A stretch of 63,722 bases of DNA, filler included, from Octopus bimaculoides (lineage: Eukaryota), in the NCBI RefSeq assembly GCF_001194135.2. It is 12 parts of 11 records of this genome, joined end to end, with 100 filler letters (N's around TTAATTAATTAA, not from the genome) between each part and the next. Parts side by side here need not be neighbours in the genome. Positions count along the whole stretch, not along the records: positions 1 to 1,069 come from NC_068982.1; positions 1,170 to 4,554 come from NC_068986.1; positions 4,655 to 23,646 come from NC_068981.1; 9 more parts are not named here. The stretch is one strand, 5' to 3'. This document shows, one piece after another, positions 1 to 10,612 of this stretch. The notes beneath the pieces are model-generated. The model did no database searches, was not told the origin of the DNA, and saw only the letters and a list, made by a program, of their open reading frames with translations. Numbering within the stretch: the stretch's first letter is position 1; every line of letters begins with the position of its first letter. Made by a program: the position numbers and the translations under genes.

Positions 1-400
1 CTGTACATTTAATACCATACAAATTTCAAGTGGTGTTGGCTGATACAATGTGATATTTTAAAGAAGGGTGGGAAAAGTCCCACATTTAGAATCAACTGTA
101 TGGCAAATACATCAACCTAATGATGATAAATTTAGAGAGCAGCTGTTCAGAGCAGAATTTCAATTTCGTATCTAAAATTGGTGTATCTCAATAAATAAAG
201 TCTATTGCTTGTTATAGCATTTATTAGTTTCATCAGTTCAGTCAAAGATCTTTCAACTATTTGACTGTTCCCTACTCATTCATTCAAGTAATGGTATTCT
301 TAAGAACAGCGAGTAGGCTTCAAGCGCTCTTTTCATTAACTTGAATTGACAACATGAATTATGAACTAAGCACAGATTCGAACAATCAATAGAATGATCT

Positions 401-740
401 GTGTATGTTTGTATGTATGTATGTATGTATGTATCTTTCTATCTATCTATCTATCTATCTATCTATTCATCTGTCTATCTATTTGTCCACTTATATATCC
501 ATTTCTATGCGTCTCTCTCCATATGTCTCTGTCTATCCATATATTTATGTATCAATAATTTATATCTCTCTCGGTCTGTCTATTTAGCTATCTATCGGTT
601 TATTTATCAATCTAATTATCTATTCAATTATCTATCCATATATCTATATATCCATGAATATGTTTATCTTTTTCATCTACCTGTCTCTTTATTTATTTAT
701 AATTTATCCATCTCTCACTCTCTCTCTCTCTCTCTCTCTA
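401..740. repeat. Compound (ATGT)n/(ATCT)n/(CT)n microsatellite, partly degenerate
   Basis: Visible tandem repeats; source of spurious MYVC/YLSI ORFs. Confidence 0.9.
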
Positions 741-929
741 TTTATCCAATAGAAACTTGGGTAAATAGATGAATGGATAAAAAGACAGCTATTCAGATAT
801 AAAAGACTAACAATGAGTCATAAATTTTAATAGGTAGGCGGACTATGTGATTGGTTAATATTGGGTGCTGGGTGGCTAACGATATATGTATGTATATGTA
901 AGTTTTTTTTTTTATATTCTCTCTCTGTT

Positions 930-1069
930 TATTTCATCATGTTCCCGTTTGTTGAAGAGTGTAGGCTCGAAACGTAAAAGACTTTCTCACCTTCCCGAGC
1001 GTCAAACACTTGCTTGTCGTTTATACAACTTTGTCTTTTGTTTTCCAGTAAATTTCAACTATATATATA
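930..1069 (+). mobile_element. Penelope-like terminal repeat fragment with a degenerate minimal hammerhead motif
   Basis: TTGTTGA-A-GAG-tgtagg-CTC-GAAACGTA followed by ttcccgagcgtc, which is shared with 56460. aaagacttt and similar downstream sequence recur near 40806-40885. Confidence 0.45.
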
Positions 1070-1113
1070 NNNNNNNNNNNNNNNNNNNNNNNNNNNNNNN
1101 NNNNNNNNNNNNN

Positions 1114-1125
1114 TTAATTAATTAA
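1114..1125. other. Assembly linker TTAATTAATTAA (six-frame stop) inside N gaps; also at 4599, 23691, 26541, 35467, 38151, 39692, 41631, 50090, 57906 and 61620
   Basis: Identical 12-mer, always flanked by runs of N on both sides. Confidence 0.97.
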
Positions 1126-1169
1126 NNNNNNNNNNNNNNNNNNNNNNNNNNNNNNNNNNNNNNNNNNNN

Positions 1170-1238
1170 CAATTAGGGCAAGGTCATCAGCATAGAGGAG
1201 CTCCCAGGGGCAACCTGTATTGAACTCCTCTGTGATTG

Positions 1239-1241
<3 letters not shown>
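1170..1241 (-). mobile_element. RTE-clade LINE reverse transcriptase fragment containing YADD
   Basis: Minus-strand translation AITEEFNTGCPWELLYADDLALI; near-identical to 60105-60160. Confidence 0.85.
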
Positions 1242-1296
<55 letters not shown>

Positions 1297-1327
1297 TATA
1301 TACATATATACATGCACACACACACAG

Positions 1328-1735
1328 GTGCAGCTGTGTTGTAAGAAGCTTGGTTCCCAACCACAAAATTCTGGGTTCAGTCCCACTGCATGGCACCTTG
1401 GGCAAGTGTCTTCTACTATAGCCACAGGCCAACCAAAGCCTTGTGAGTGGATTTGGTAGATGGAAACTGAAAGAAGCCTGTTGTATATACATACATACAC
1501 ACACATATGTATGTATGTATTATGTATTTGTGTGTCTGTGTTTGTCTCCCCCCCCGACCATCACTTGACAACCGATGTTGGTGTGTTTACATCCTCATAA
1601 GTTAGCGGTTTGGCAAAAGAGACTGATAGAATAAGTACTAGGCTTATAAAGAATAAGTCTTGGGGGTTGATTTGTCCAACTAAAGGCGGTGCTCCAGCAT
1701 GGTCGCAGCCAAGTGACTAAAACAAGTAAAAGAAT
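1328..1735 (+). mobile_element. SINE family A (tRNA head, CORE-like box, internal TA/TG microsatellite, LINE-like tail)
   Basis: Pol III-like boxes (gctgtgttgt, ggttcagtcc), accttgggcaagt CORE-like motif, tail ggcggtgctccagcatgg; many copies in the window. Confidence 0.85.
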
Positions 1736-1842
1736 AATTCGAGGTATTATTCAATTATATAAATGTAATAGGATTTATTTGAAACACTGAATGGGTATGA
1801 GGGTCCAGTAGAGTAGAATAAGGATCAAAGGGGCCCATAGGC

Positions 1843-1873
<31 letters not shown>

Positions 1874-1876
<3 letters not shown>

Positions 1877-2080
1877 CTCTTCGAAACGCCAGTGTTAGAA
1901 TGGAGGCAGCTGATGAAGGAAATGTTCTCTATGTGGCCTGTGTGTTTTCTGTACTCTGTTTAACATTTGTCTATGTTTTGTTTGCAACGTCCTATATCTA
2001 GATATGCATCTATATATACAGGTAGATGTAGGCATGTACATACTTGTACGTATATATGCATATACTCATTTATTATTTGT
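1874..2080 (+). mobile_element. Repeat family E (Penelope-terminus-like) copy
   Basis: tcttcgaaac...ttagaa...ggcagctgatgaagga...gatatgcat homologous to 57027-57240, 61676-61800 and 62230-62510. Confidence 0.65.
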
Positions 2081-2840
2081 TGCCAGTACCGCCTGATTAG
2101 CCTTCGTAGGNNNNNNNNNNNNNNNNNNNNNNNNNNNNNNNNNNNNNNNNNNNNNNNNNNNNNNNNNNNNNNNNNNNNNNNNNNNNNNNNNNNNNNNNNN
2201 NNNNNNNNNNNNNNNNNNNNNNNNNNNNNNNNNNNNNNNNNNNNNNNNNNNNNNNNNNNNNNNNNNNNNNNNNNNNNNNNNNNNNNNNNNNNNNNNNNNN
2301 NNNNNNNNNNNNNNNNNNNNNNNNNNNNNNNNNNNNNNNNNNNNNNNNNNNNNNNNNNNNNNNNNNNNNNNNNNNNNNNNNNNNNNNNNNNNNNNNNNNN
2401 NNNNNNNNNNNNNNNNNNNNNNNNNNNNNNNNNNNNNNNNNNNNNNNNNNNNNNNNNNNNNNNNNNNNNNNNNNNNNNNNNNNNNNNNNNNNNNNNNNNN
2501 NNNNNNNNNNNNNNNNNNNNNNNNNNNNNNNNNNNNNNNNNNNNNNNNNNNNNNNNNNNNNNNNNNNNNNNNNNNNNNNNNNGGCTCTTGTGCGGGTGGC
2601 ACATAAAATATACCATTTTCAGCGTGGCCGTTGCCAGTACCGCCTGACTGGCCTTCATGCGGGTGACACATAAAAGCACCTACTACACTCTCTGAGTGGT
2701 TGGCATTAGGAAGGGCATCCAGCTGTAGAAACTCTGTCAAATCAGATTGGAGCCTGGTGTTGCCATCCGGTTTCACCAGTCCTCAGTCAAATCGTCCAAC
2801 CCATGCTAGCATGGAAAGCGGACGTTAAACGATGATGATG

Positions 2841-2842
<2 letters not shown>
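2080..2842 (+). mobile_element. RTE LINE 3'UTR and tail with (GAT)n end, interrupted by a gap
   Basis: gtggttggcattaggaagggcatccagctgtagaaac...ccaacccatgctagcatggaaagcggacgttaaacgatgatg; recurs more than 10 times in the window. Confidence 0.85.
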
Positions 2843-2875
<33 letters not shown>

Positions 2876-3204
2876 CATGTAAGAAAAAGAGAAAATGGAA
2901 TTCACAAGATTCTTTATTAATTACAATGACTGATTTACGATCCATCTTGCATTTGGTCTCTTGCGAGTGAGATACTGTGCAGCTGGTTATGGTGCAGCCT
3001 TTGGTACAGATGTCTTGTCAGGCGACTTTTCAGGAGCTAAATGAAGAATCTTGTGAATTGCATTTTCTCTTTCTCTGATTTCTTATATACTGAGAAATTC
3101 CTGAAGTAAATCCCGTGGCATTTATATTGATGACATCAGATAGCTGTAGACAGTGAAAGTGCTTTAATCAACACACTACCAGGTGTATATCCGAGTTTTC
3201 TTCT

Positions 3205-3550
3205 TCATCATCATCATTTAACATCCACTTTCCATGCTGGCATGGGTTAAATGATTTGACTGGAACTGGTAAGTCAGAGAGTTGTACCAGGTTCCAGTCT
3301 GATTTTGGCTTGGCTTCTACGGCTGGATGCCCTTCCTAATGCCAACCACTCCAAGAGTGTAAAGAGTGCCTCTTATGTGGCACTGGCACTGGCCACGACT
3401 ATGATTCGCATGGGCTGATGTGTCTTCTCAAGCACAGCAAATCGGTAAAGGTCTCAATCCATTGTCATCGCCTCTGTCCGATTGAACATCTGGAGATCAT
3501 GCTTCACCACATCATCCTGTCTAACCTGGGTCTACATCTTCCACGTGCTA
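3205..3550 (-). mobile_element. 5'-truncated RTE LINE with ORF2 end and tail
   Basis: Minus translation GRCRPR..DDVVKHDLQ...EAMT....FAVLEKT followed by the RTE tail. Confidence 0.8.
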
Positions 3551-3910
3551 AGAAACCGGTTTCCCAACCATATGGTTCCGGGTTCATTCATTCTGCATGG
3601 CACCTTGAGCAAGTCTCTTCTACTAAATCCTTGCGTCAACCAAAGCCTTGTGAATGGATTTGGTAGACAAAACCTGAAAGGAGCCTGTTGTATATGTGTG
3701 TGTGTGTCTTTGCATCTGTGTTTGTCCCCCACCAATGCTTGACAACCAGTGCTGGTGTGTTTGTGCTCCCATAACTTAGTGGTTCAGCCAGAGAGTCTGA
3801 TAGAATAAATACGATTAAAAAAAAAAATACTGGGGTCAATTCGTTTGACTATAGAATTCTTCAAGTCAGTGCCCCAACATGGCCACAGTCTAATGATTGC
3901 AGCAAGTAAT
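3550..3910 (+). mobile_element. SINE family A
   Basis: Homologous to 1328-1735. Confidence 0.8.
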
Positions 3911-3929
3911 ACACACACACACACATATA

Positions 3930-4235
3930 TGTGGCCGAGTTCCTCATGGAGGCAATGACCGAGATCTTTGGCATTATGTCATGCTTGAGTAGAAGACCCA
4001 TCATGCCCAGCAAAATTGCAGTCATGGCAGATACTGGTGTCACCCGTGCCGATGGCACATACAAGCACCCATTACACTCTCAGAGTGGCTGGTGTTAGGA
4101 AGGGCATCCAGTCATAAAATCCATGCCAAATCAGACTGGAGTCTGGTGCAGCCTTCGGTTTGCCAGCCCTGGTCAAACCGTCCAACCCATGCTAGCACGG
4201 ACAACGGACGTTAAATGATGATGATGATGATGATA
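3930..4235 (+). mobile_element. 5'-truncated RTE LINE with ORF2 end and tail
   Basis: EAMT..DLWHY..LE.KT remnant, 3'UTR unit, tail and (GAT)n. Confidence 0.8.
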
Positions 4236-4508
4236 TGCAACTATCTATTAGACTATGTTTCTGCTTAAAAACACATACACCTTCCAATTTGAATCTGTAG
4301 ATCTGTCAAATCCAGATATCAGTGGATAGATAAAAAGAATTTATACGTGCACAGACTAATGCGCGCGCACACACACACACATTAATGCTTGCTTTAATGT
4401 CAAATTAATATAAAACAATTTATTAAACTAAAGGATTACACAGATGAAGACAAGCAAACTGAAACTTTGAAGTCACTGTCAACCTTTCCCTTGCAAAAGT
4501 TGTGCGTG

Positions 4509-4546
<38 letters not shown>

Positions 4547-4667
4547 AATATATANNNNNNNNNNNNNNNNNNNNNNNNNNNNNNNNNNNNNNNNNNNNTT
4601 AATTAATTAANNNNNNNNNNNNNNNNNNNNNNNNNNNNNNNNNNNNNNNNNNNNTATATATACATAT

Positions 4668-4830
4668 ATTCGACAGGCTTCTTTCAGTTTCCGTCTACCA
4701 AATCCACTCATAAGGCTTTGGTCGGCCCAAGGCTATAGTAGAAGACACTTGCCCAAGGTGCCACACAGTAGGAATGAACCCAGAACCATGTGGTTGGTAA
4801 GCAAGCTACTTACCACACAGCCACTCCTCT
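4668..4830 (-). mobile_element. SINE family A 5' half
   Basis: Reverse complement of the family A head, ending at a TA microsatellite and gap. Confidence 0.8.
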
Positions 4831-5289
4831 CAACAAATCCTCTCTGAATCATGCAAGTGTAAAAGAGTGAACACTAAAATTATGATGATGATGATCTCAA
4901 TGTTCCTTGAGTAAACTCTGATTAATATTTCATATTTTCTTTCTGTCTTAAATCTGAGGTCTTGTGCTTCCCGTTTACTTAATTCACTTAAACATGTCAT
5001 AACACTGATTGCCTATTGAGTCATGGACTTTCAGTGATTAACTTGTTTAGATGTACTAAAATTGTACTGCCTAGGTTCATGTATGTTTATCCATCCATTC
5101 ATCCACATACATATATATGTATGGTAATATATATATGTAGGCGCAGTAGTGGCTGTGTGGTAAGTAGCTAAATCTGTGATCTCTCATATTGTTTATATAT
5201 ATATATATATATACATAATACACAAAACTCTTGGCCCCTGAGTCACTCTGTTGCTTCTACTAAATATTGATAAAATATACATACACAAG

Positions 5290-5472
5290 CATGCTGTGTG
5301 GTAAGAAGCTTGCCTTCCAACCACATGGTTCTGGGTTCAGTATCACTGCGTGGCACCTTGGGCAAGTGTCTTTTAGTATAGCTTCAGGCTGACCAAAGCC
5401 TTGTGAGTGGATTTGGAAAACTGAAAGAATCCTGTAGTGTATATATATATATACATACATATATATATATAT
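5290..5472 (+). mobile_element. SINE family A 5' half running into (TA)n and a gap
   Basis: gctgtgtggtaagaagc...ggcaccttgggcaagtgtc...aaagaatcctg. Confidence 0.8.
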
Positions 5473-6405
5473 ANNNNNNNNNNNNNNNNNNNNNNNNNNN
5501 NNNNNNNNNNNNNNNNNNNNNNNNNNNNNNNNNNNNNNNNNNNNNNNNNNNNNNNNNNNNNNNNNNNNNNNNNNNNNNNNNNNNNNNNNNNNNNNNNNNN
5601 NNNNNNNNNNNNNNNNNNNNNNNNNNNNNNNNNNNNNNNNNNNNNNNNNNNNNNNNNNNNNNNNNNNNNNNNNNNNNNNNNNNNNNNNNNNNNNNNNNNN
5701 NNNNNNNNNNNNNNNNNNNNNNNNNNNNNNNNNNNNNNNNNNNNNNNNNNNNNNNNNNNNNNNNNNNNNNNNNNNNNNNNNNNNNNNNNNNNNNNNNNNN
5801 NNNNNNNNNNNNNNNNNNNNNNNNNNNNNNNNNNNNNNNNNNNNNNNNNNNNNNNNNNNNNNNNNNNNNNNNNNNNNNNNNNNNNNNNNNNNNNNNNNNN
5901 NNNNNNNNNNNNNNNNNNNNNNNNNNNNNNNNNNNNNNNNNNNNNNNNNNNNNNNNNNNNNNNNNNNNNNNNNNNNNNNNNNNNNNNNNNNNNNNNNNNN
6001 NNNNNNNNNNNNNNNNNNNNNNNNNNNNNNNNNNNNNNNNNNNNNNNNNNNNNNNNNNNNNNNNNNNNNNNNNNNNNNNNNNNNNNNNNNNNNNNNNNNN
6101 NNNNNNNNNNNNNNNNNNNNNNNNNNNNNNNNNNNNNNNNNNNNNNNNNNNNNNNNNNNNAAAAAAAAAAAAAAGGGGGGGGGGTGCGGTCCACATTTTT
6201 TACGTCCGCCCATATATGCATACACATGCACAAAAGCACATACAGATATGCACACAATAGAGGGAGAAAGTGAAGTAGAACAGAGAGAGAGAGAGAGAGA
6301 TGGAGAGATGGAGAGTGAGGAGATAGAGTGACACAGACAGACAGACAGACAAGAAAGAGGGGGGAAAAATGATTTAAAATTATTTGTAATGAAAATATGT
6401 TTCAG

Positions 6406-6486
6406 GGTTTCCCACCTGGAACTCTCCCTGGAGAGCAGGAACGAATTTCACTCCATGATGCTGAGCAGTCAATGGGAAACTTTCCG
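6406..6486 (+). CDS. PALD1: Paladin internal exon, GFPPGTLPGEQERISLHDAEQSMGNFP
   Basis: tttcag acceptor, gtaagt donor, 81 nt, phase 0-0. Resembles human paladin GFPEVGEEELVSVPDAKFTKGEFQ (recalled from memory) and joins the next exon in frame. Confidence 0.85.
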
Positions 6487-6547
6487 GTAAGTGACCTACT
6501 CTATTAACATTCAAATGACATCCTTACTAATCCTTCTGGTGGTGTGA

Positions 6548-7060
6548 AGCACTCATGGCAATGCCACGTAAAAACACCCATATGGTGCCACATAAAAGTG
6601 CCTGTGCAGTGCCATGTAAAAATGCTTGTGTGGTGCCATGTAAAAGCACTCATGTGGTATCACACAAGAGTGCCCATGTGGTGCCACATAAAAGCGCATG
6701 TGCAGTGTGACATAAAAGCTCCCCATGTGGCGCCATGTAAAAGCGCTCATGTGGTGCCACTTAAAAGTACCCATGTGGTGCCACACAAGAGTGCCCATGC
6801 GGTGCCACATAAAAGTACCCATGCAGTGTCACATAAAAGTGCCTCTGCAGTTCCACGTAAAAGTGTCTGTGTGGTGTCACATAAAAGCACCCAGTACACT
6901 CTATAAAGTGGTTGATGTTAGGAAGAGCATCCAGCCAGTAGAAGCCATGCCAAATCAGACTGGAGTCTGGTGCAACTCCCTGATTTGCCAGCTCCTGTCA
7001 AACTATCCAACCCATGCCAGCATGGACAACAGACATTAAATGATGATGTTGATGATGATG

Positions 7061-7062
<2 letters not shown>
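6548..7062 (+). mobile_element. RTE 3' end with a 24-bp minisatellite (about 14 units, 6548-6893)
   Basis: Unit cacccatgtggtgccacataaaag gives the 8-aa periodicity seen in the ORF track; followed directly by the RTE tail. Confidence 0.85.
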
Positions 7063-7094
<32 letters not shown>

Positions 7095-7109
7095 ATATAT
7101 ATATAACCA

Positions 7110-7527
7110 AGTGAAATCGTAGTTGTGGCCAATGCCTGTGCCACCTGACTGGCACCCATACCCGTGGCACATAAAAAGCGCTATTCGAGTGTGGCCAATG
7201 TCAGTTCTGCCTAACTAGCACATCAAGAGCTCCATTCAAACATGGCCAATGTCAGTGCCGCCTGACTCGCACCTGTGCTGGTGGCATGTGAAAAGCACCA
7301 TTTGAGCATGGCCGCTGCCAGTGTCACATGACTGGTACCCATGCACGTGACATGTAAAAGGCACCCATTACACTCTCTGAGTGGTTGGCATTAGGAAGGG
7401 CATCCAGCTGTCGAAACCTTGCCAAATCAAATTGGAGCCTCGTGAAGCCTCCCAGTTTGTCAGTTCTCAGTAAAACTGTCCAACCCATGCCAGCATGGAA
7501 AGCAGACGTTACATGATGATGATGACG
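7110..7527 (+). mobile_element. RTE 3'UTR with longer tandem units and tail
   Basis: Repeated gccaatgtcagtgccgcctgact...ggcacataaaaagc units, then the tail. Confidence 0.8.
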
Positions 7528-7534
7528 TATAACA

Positions 7535-7790
7535 TCTTTTACTTATTACTTGTTTCACTCACTGGACTGCAGCCAAGTTGGGGCATTGCCTCGAAAGGTT
7601 TTAGTCAAAGCAGTTCAGTTCAAACTCAGTACTTATTTTCTGTTTTAAGGACTGGTTAAGCAGGCAGATGTTAACTGATGATTAAGATGATAATTTACTT
7701 ATTCCATCAATTGGTTTTGCTGAGCTGCTAAGTCATGAAACCATAAACAAACCAATGCTGGTTGTCAAGTGGTGGGTGTGACACACACTC
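7535..7790 (-). mobile_element. SINE family A 3' half
   Basis: Reverse complement of the family A tail, with an internal insertion. Confidence 0.7.
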
Positions 7791-7809
7791 ACACACACAC
7801 ACGCGCGTG

Positions 7810-7852
7810 CCCCGCTGCCGCCACTGCTGTCGCCGCCACCGCCACCACCACC

Positions 7853-7884
<32 letters not shown>

Positions 7885-7905
7885 CAACACCACCACCATC
7901 ATTGC
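7810..7905. repeat. Compound (CCG)/(CCA)/(CAA) trinucleotide microsatellite
   Basis: Visible repeats in an intron; source of spurious poly-H/Q/G/V ORFs. Confidence 0.9.
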
Positions 7906-8874
7906 CACCACAGAAATACACTCCTAGAAAACACACACTCAAAAGCCTGTAACGAGAATTTCCAGTGGACAAGGGGTGAGGTGGAGGGTGCGATTTAATT
8001 GACAGTACAGTCCTCACAAATAATTGACTTTGTTGTTTTGTTAGTTATCAATATTGTCTCATGTGATGCTGTAGGAAATGGCTAAGTAGATTGGGACAGC
8101 TAAATATTGTAGTGTTTAGATTTTGTAAAGTGACAATATTGAAGTTGATTTGTCCCTACAGCTGGGGAAGAAATCATCAAGGCTGATGTTTACTGCTATA
8201 TTTTGGAATGAGCAGAGACATTGTTGGATTATGAGGACAGTTTAGTTTTGCTTTGTTGAAATCATAGTAACCTCTTTGGTGCTGGTGCCTTGATAAAATG
8301 TACCCAGTACACTGTGTAAAGTGGTTGGCAAATGAATGGGAATATTGTAGGGAAGACAGGAGTCTTTAGACTTGTTGAAGACATAACAACTTCTCTGGTA
8401 CTGGTGCCGTCACATAAAAGGCACCCAGTACACTCTGTAAAGTGGTTGGTGTTAGGAAGAGTATTTGGGCTTCGGAAACCATGTTAATATAAATCATACA
8501 AATGAGTCATGGCCTCTGAACACACTTAGGAGGGCAGTAACCAAGATCTGTCCAACTCATACTAGCAAGGAATGCGAACATAAAATGATGTTAATGGAGT
8601 TGAGGTTTTACTTTTTAATTTGAGGCCAGACATTGGTAGAGAATAGTGCCACTTACATTTGTGTTCACCTGAGATTTGGGGTAGGATTAAGTACACAAAT
8701 AGGTGAGGAGAGATAGGTCAATCAGGAGTGCATGAGTGGGGGGATGGCACAAGACCAGCCAGTTCTACAGAGAAGAGTTCATTGTAATAATGGTAGAAGA
8801 GGTAGAGAGGGTTTTGTTCTTGTGTTTGCTTTATATTTTTGCTGTTTGCTTTATAAATCTGTTTACTTTCATAG

Positions 8875-9015
8875 ATTGTTAGACGTTTGGTGGCGTTGTT
8901 ACCAGATGGCTATCAAATAAAACGAGAAGTTGACTTCGTACTTGATAATCTATTTGAAATGATGAGTACAACACACTTTCACATGAGGGAGATGATCCTG
9001 GCCACATACAATCTG
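8875..9015 (+). CDS. PALD1: Paladin exon, IVRRLVALLPDGYQIKREVDFVLDNLFEMMSTTHFHMREMILATYNL
   Basis: tttactttcatag acceptor, gtaagt donor, 141 nt, phase 0-0. Matches paladin VVMKVVQLLPDGHRVKKEVDAALDTVSETMTPMHYHLREIIICTYRQ (recalled). Confidence 0.93.
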
Positions 9016-9184
9016 GTAAGTACTTATTGTATCGTATATAAAAATTAAGTGTGCAGTGAAAAACTGATATGAATACAGAAGTTATGAACCTGCTGTGTAT
9101 ATGTGTGTATGTTCAGTACCTTATGATGTAAAGTTGGTGATTCTGGTTCTGATTGTAGTTATGTCTCTGTTTTATTTGTTTCAG

Positions 9185-9337
9185 GCACGGAAAACTTCGG
9201 AGGCAGAAACAAAGAAAAATTTTTACTGCCAAAGTATTTTATTACTTGAACGCTACATATATTTGATTCTCTTCAACTCTTACTTGAACTTAGAGAAAAA
9301 CCCACTACAGAAATCTTTTTGTCAGTGGATGAATGCT
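9185..9337 (+). CDS. PALD1: Paladin exon, ARKTSEAETKKNFYCQSILLLERYIYLILFNSYLNLEKNPLQKSFCQWMNA
   Basis: ttgtttcag acceptor, gtaagt donor, 153 nt, phase 0-0. LERYIYLILFNSYLNLEK matches paladin LERYVCLILFNAYLHLEK (recalled). Confidence 0.93.
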
Positions 9338-9393
9338 GTAAGTATAACATCTTGGATTGTTCCAATCTGGTATTCTTAGAAATTTCATTCATT

Positions 9394-9690
9394 AGTGCTG
9401 GTGCCACATAAGAAGCACTAATGTTGGTGCAACATAAGAAGCACTGGTGCTTGTTCAACATAAAAAGCACTGATGCTGGTGCCATGCAAAAAGCACTGAT
9501 GATAGAGTGATGTAAAAAGCATCCACTACTCTCTGCAAAGTGGTTGGCATTTGGAAGAATATCCAGCTGTAGAAACCAAGCCAAAACCAACTATGGAACT
9601 TGGTGTGGCCTCTAGCCTTGCCAGCACCTATCAGGCTGTCCAGCCCATGCTAGAATGGAAAAATTAAACGATGAGGATAACGATGAGTTT
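9394..9690 (+). mobile_element. Diverged RTE 3' end with 26-bp tandem units
   Basis: tgctggtgccacataagaagcactaa about 4.5 times, then a degenerate RTE tail. Confidence 0.75.
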
Positions 9691-10204
9691 TGTTTTATTC
9701 TTATTTTTTAGTCAGGTGGGAAGGTAGTATCTATGACCCTTTACAGGCCCTCTGAGATTGGTGGGAGCAAGGAGGAAGGAAGTTATCCTCAAACTGGAGG
9801 CCCTCCCTGGATGTTTGCGACAGAGTAGGTTTTTTCCCTAAAGACATCCAGGGTCAGGTGGTGGTGGTAGTGGTGTTAAACTGGATGCCTTTAGTGGAAA
9901 AGCCCACTTTGGATGTAAGTAGAATTTCAGTCTGGGTTTGTTAGAAAGTTACCATTTTAGTTAACTAAAACCCAGTGGTTGAAGAATCTAGTGTTGACCT
10001 GCAATGACAAAACTCAGTTAAATTATATAACAAGGTTCACAAATATGAAGTTTACATACAGTGGGTGGAGATGTGAAGTCTATGTTTTGGGTAGAGCCCT
10101 GCTGTGGAGAGAAATATTTCCTATGGAGACAATTGCTGCTTGATATATTTAAGTTCATGTCTCTACTAGAACTTTTATATTTATTCATGCGAGCCAATGA
10201 AAGA

Positions 10205-10385
10205 ACTTTTACTAGGTCACTTGGTTTGTGAGAAATAGTAGCCTTGTTCTGTATCAGATGTCACCATATCAATTCAGAAAAAGAAGGCTTTATTGGATAA
10301 TGTAGCCTGAGATATACTAGGCCTGGAACCAAGACGGGATAGTTCTATAGCTGGAATGCTTTTGAATGTAGGGCTGTTCAACTGG
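10205..10385 (-). mobile_element. Unclassified interspersed repeat, family D
   Basis: Reverse-complement similarity to 29980-30150 and 26063-26170; short pieces at 39038-39093 and 39270-39323. Confidence 0.5.
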
Positions 10386-10390
10386 GTTAA

Positions 10391-10606
10391 CCCTTTAGCA
10401 TTCAGATTACTCTGTCAAATGTAAAGCTCATTTATTCACATTGATATAAATTATGCATTACTTTGTAGCTCTCAGATTTCAATGACATGATTGTTTATTT
10501 TTAGAATGGCATTGTAGGGTAAGTGTGAGAAACTACTTCTAGCCAGTTTGAAGATAAAACAGGTAGATTATTTTGGTCAGATATGGTTGGTTGAAATGCT
10601 AAAGGG
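10391..10606. mobile_element. piggyBac-type MITE, 216 bp
   Basis: Perfect 12-bp TIRs CCCTTTAGCATT/AATGCTAAAGGG, flanked by TTAA at 10387-10390 and 10607-10610. Confidence 0.85.
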
Positions 10607-10612
10607 TTAAAT

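Noticed and set aside
401-772. ORFs of YI, CV, TH and YLSI repeats here and throughout the window
   Set aside because: Translations of di- and tetranucleotide microsatellites.
1114-1125. Recurrent TTAATTAATTAA palindrome
   Set aside because: Always embedded in N runs; a scaffolding linker, not biological.
5260-6273. Long ORFs spanning X runs (also 1960-2776, 24104-25361, 54191-54817, 56336-57137, 60212-61021)
   Set aside because: Open only because N codons are not stops.
1-6400. Further upstream paladin exons
   Set aside because: No GT-AG-bounded frame with paladin motifs (e.g. GRTTTAM) was found in called bases.
6544-7039. CRISPR-like array, or an 8-aa Cys/His repeat protein (WCHIKAPM)
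   Set aside because: No unique spacers, eukaryotic intron, contiguous with an RTE tail; a minisatellite without splice support.
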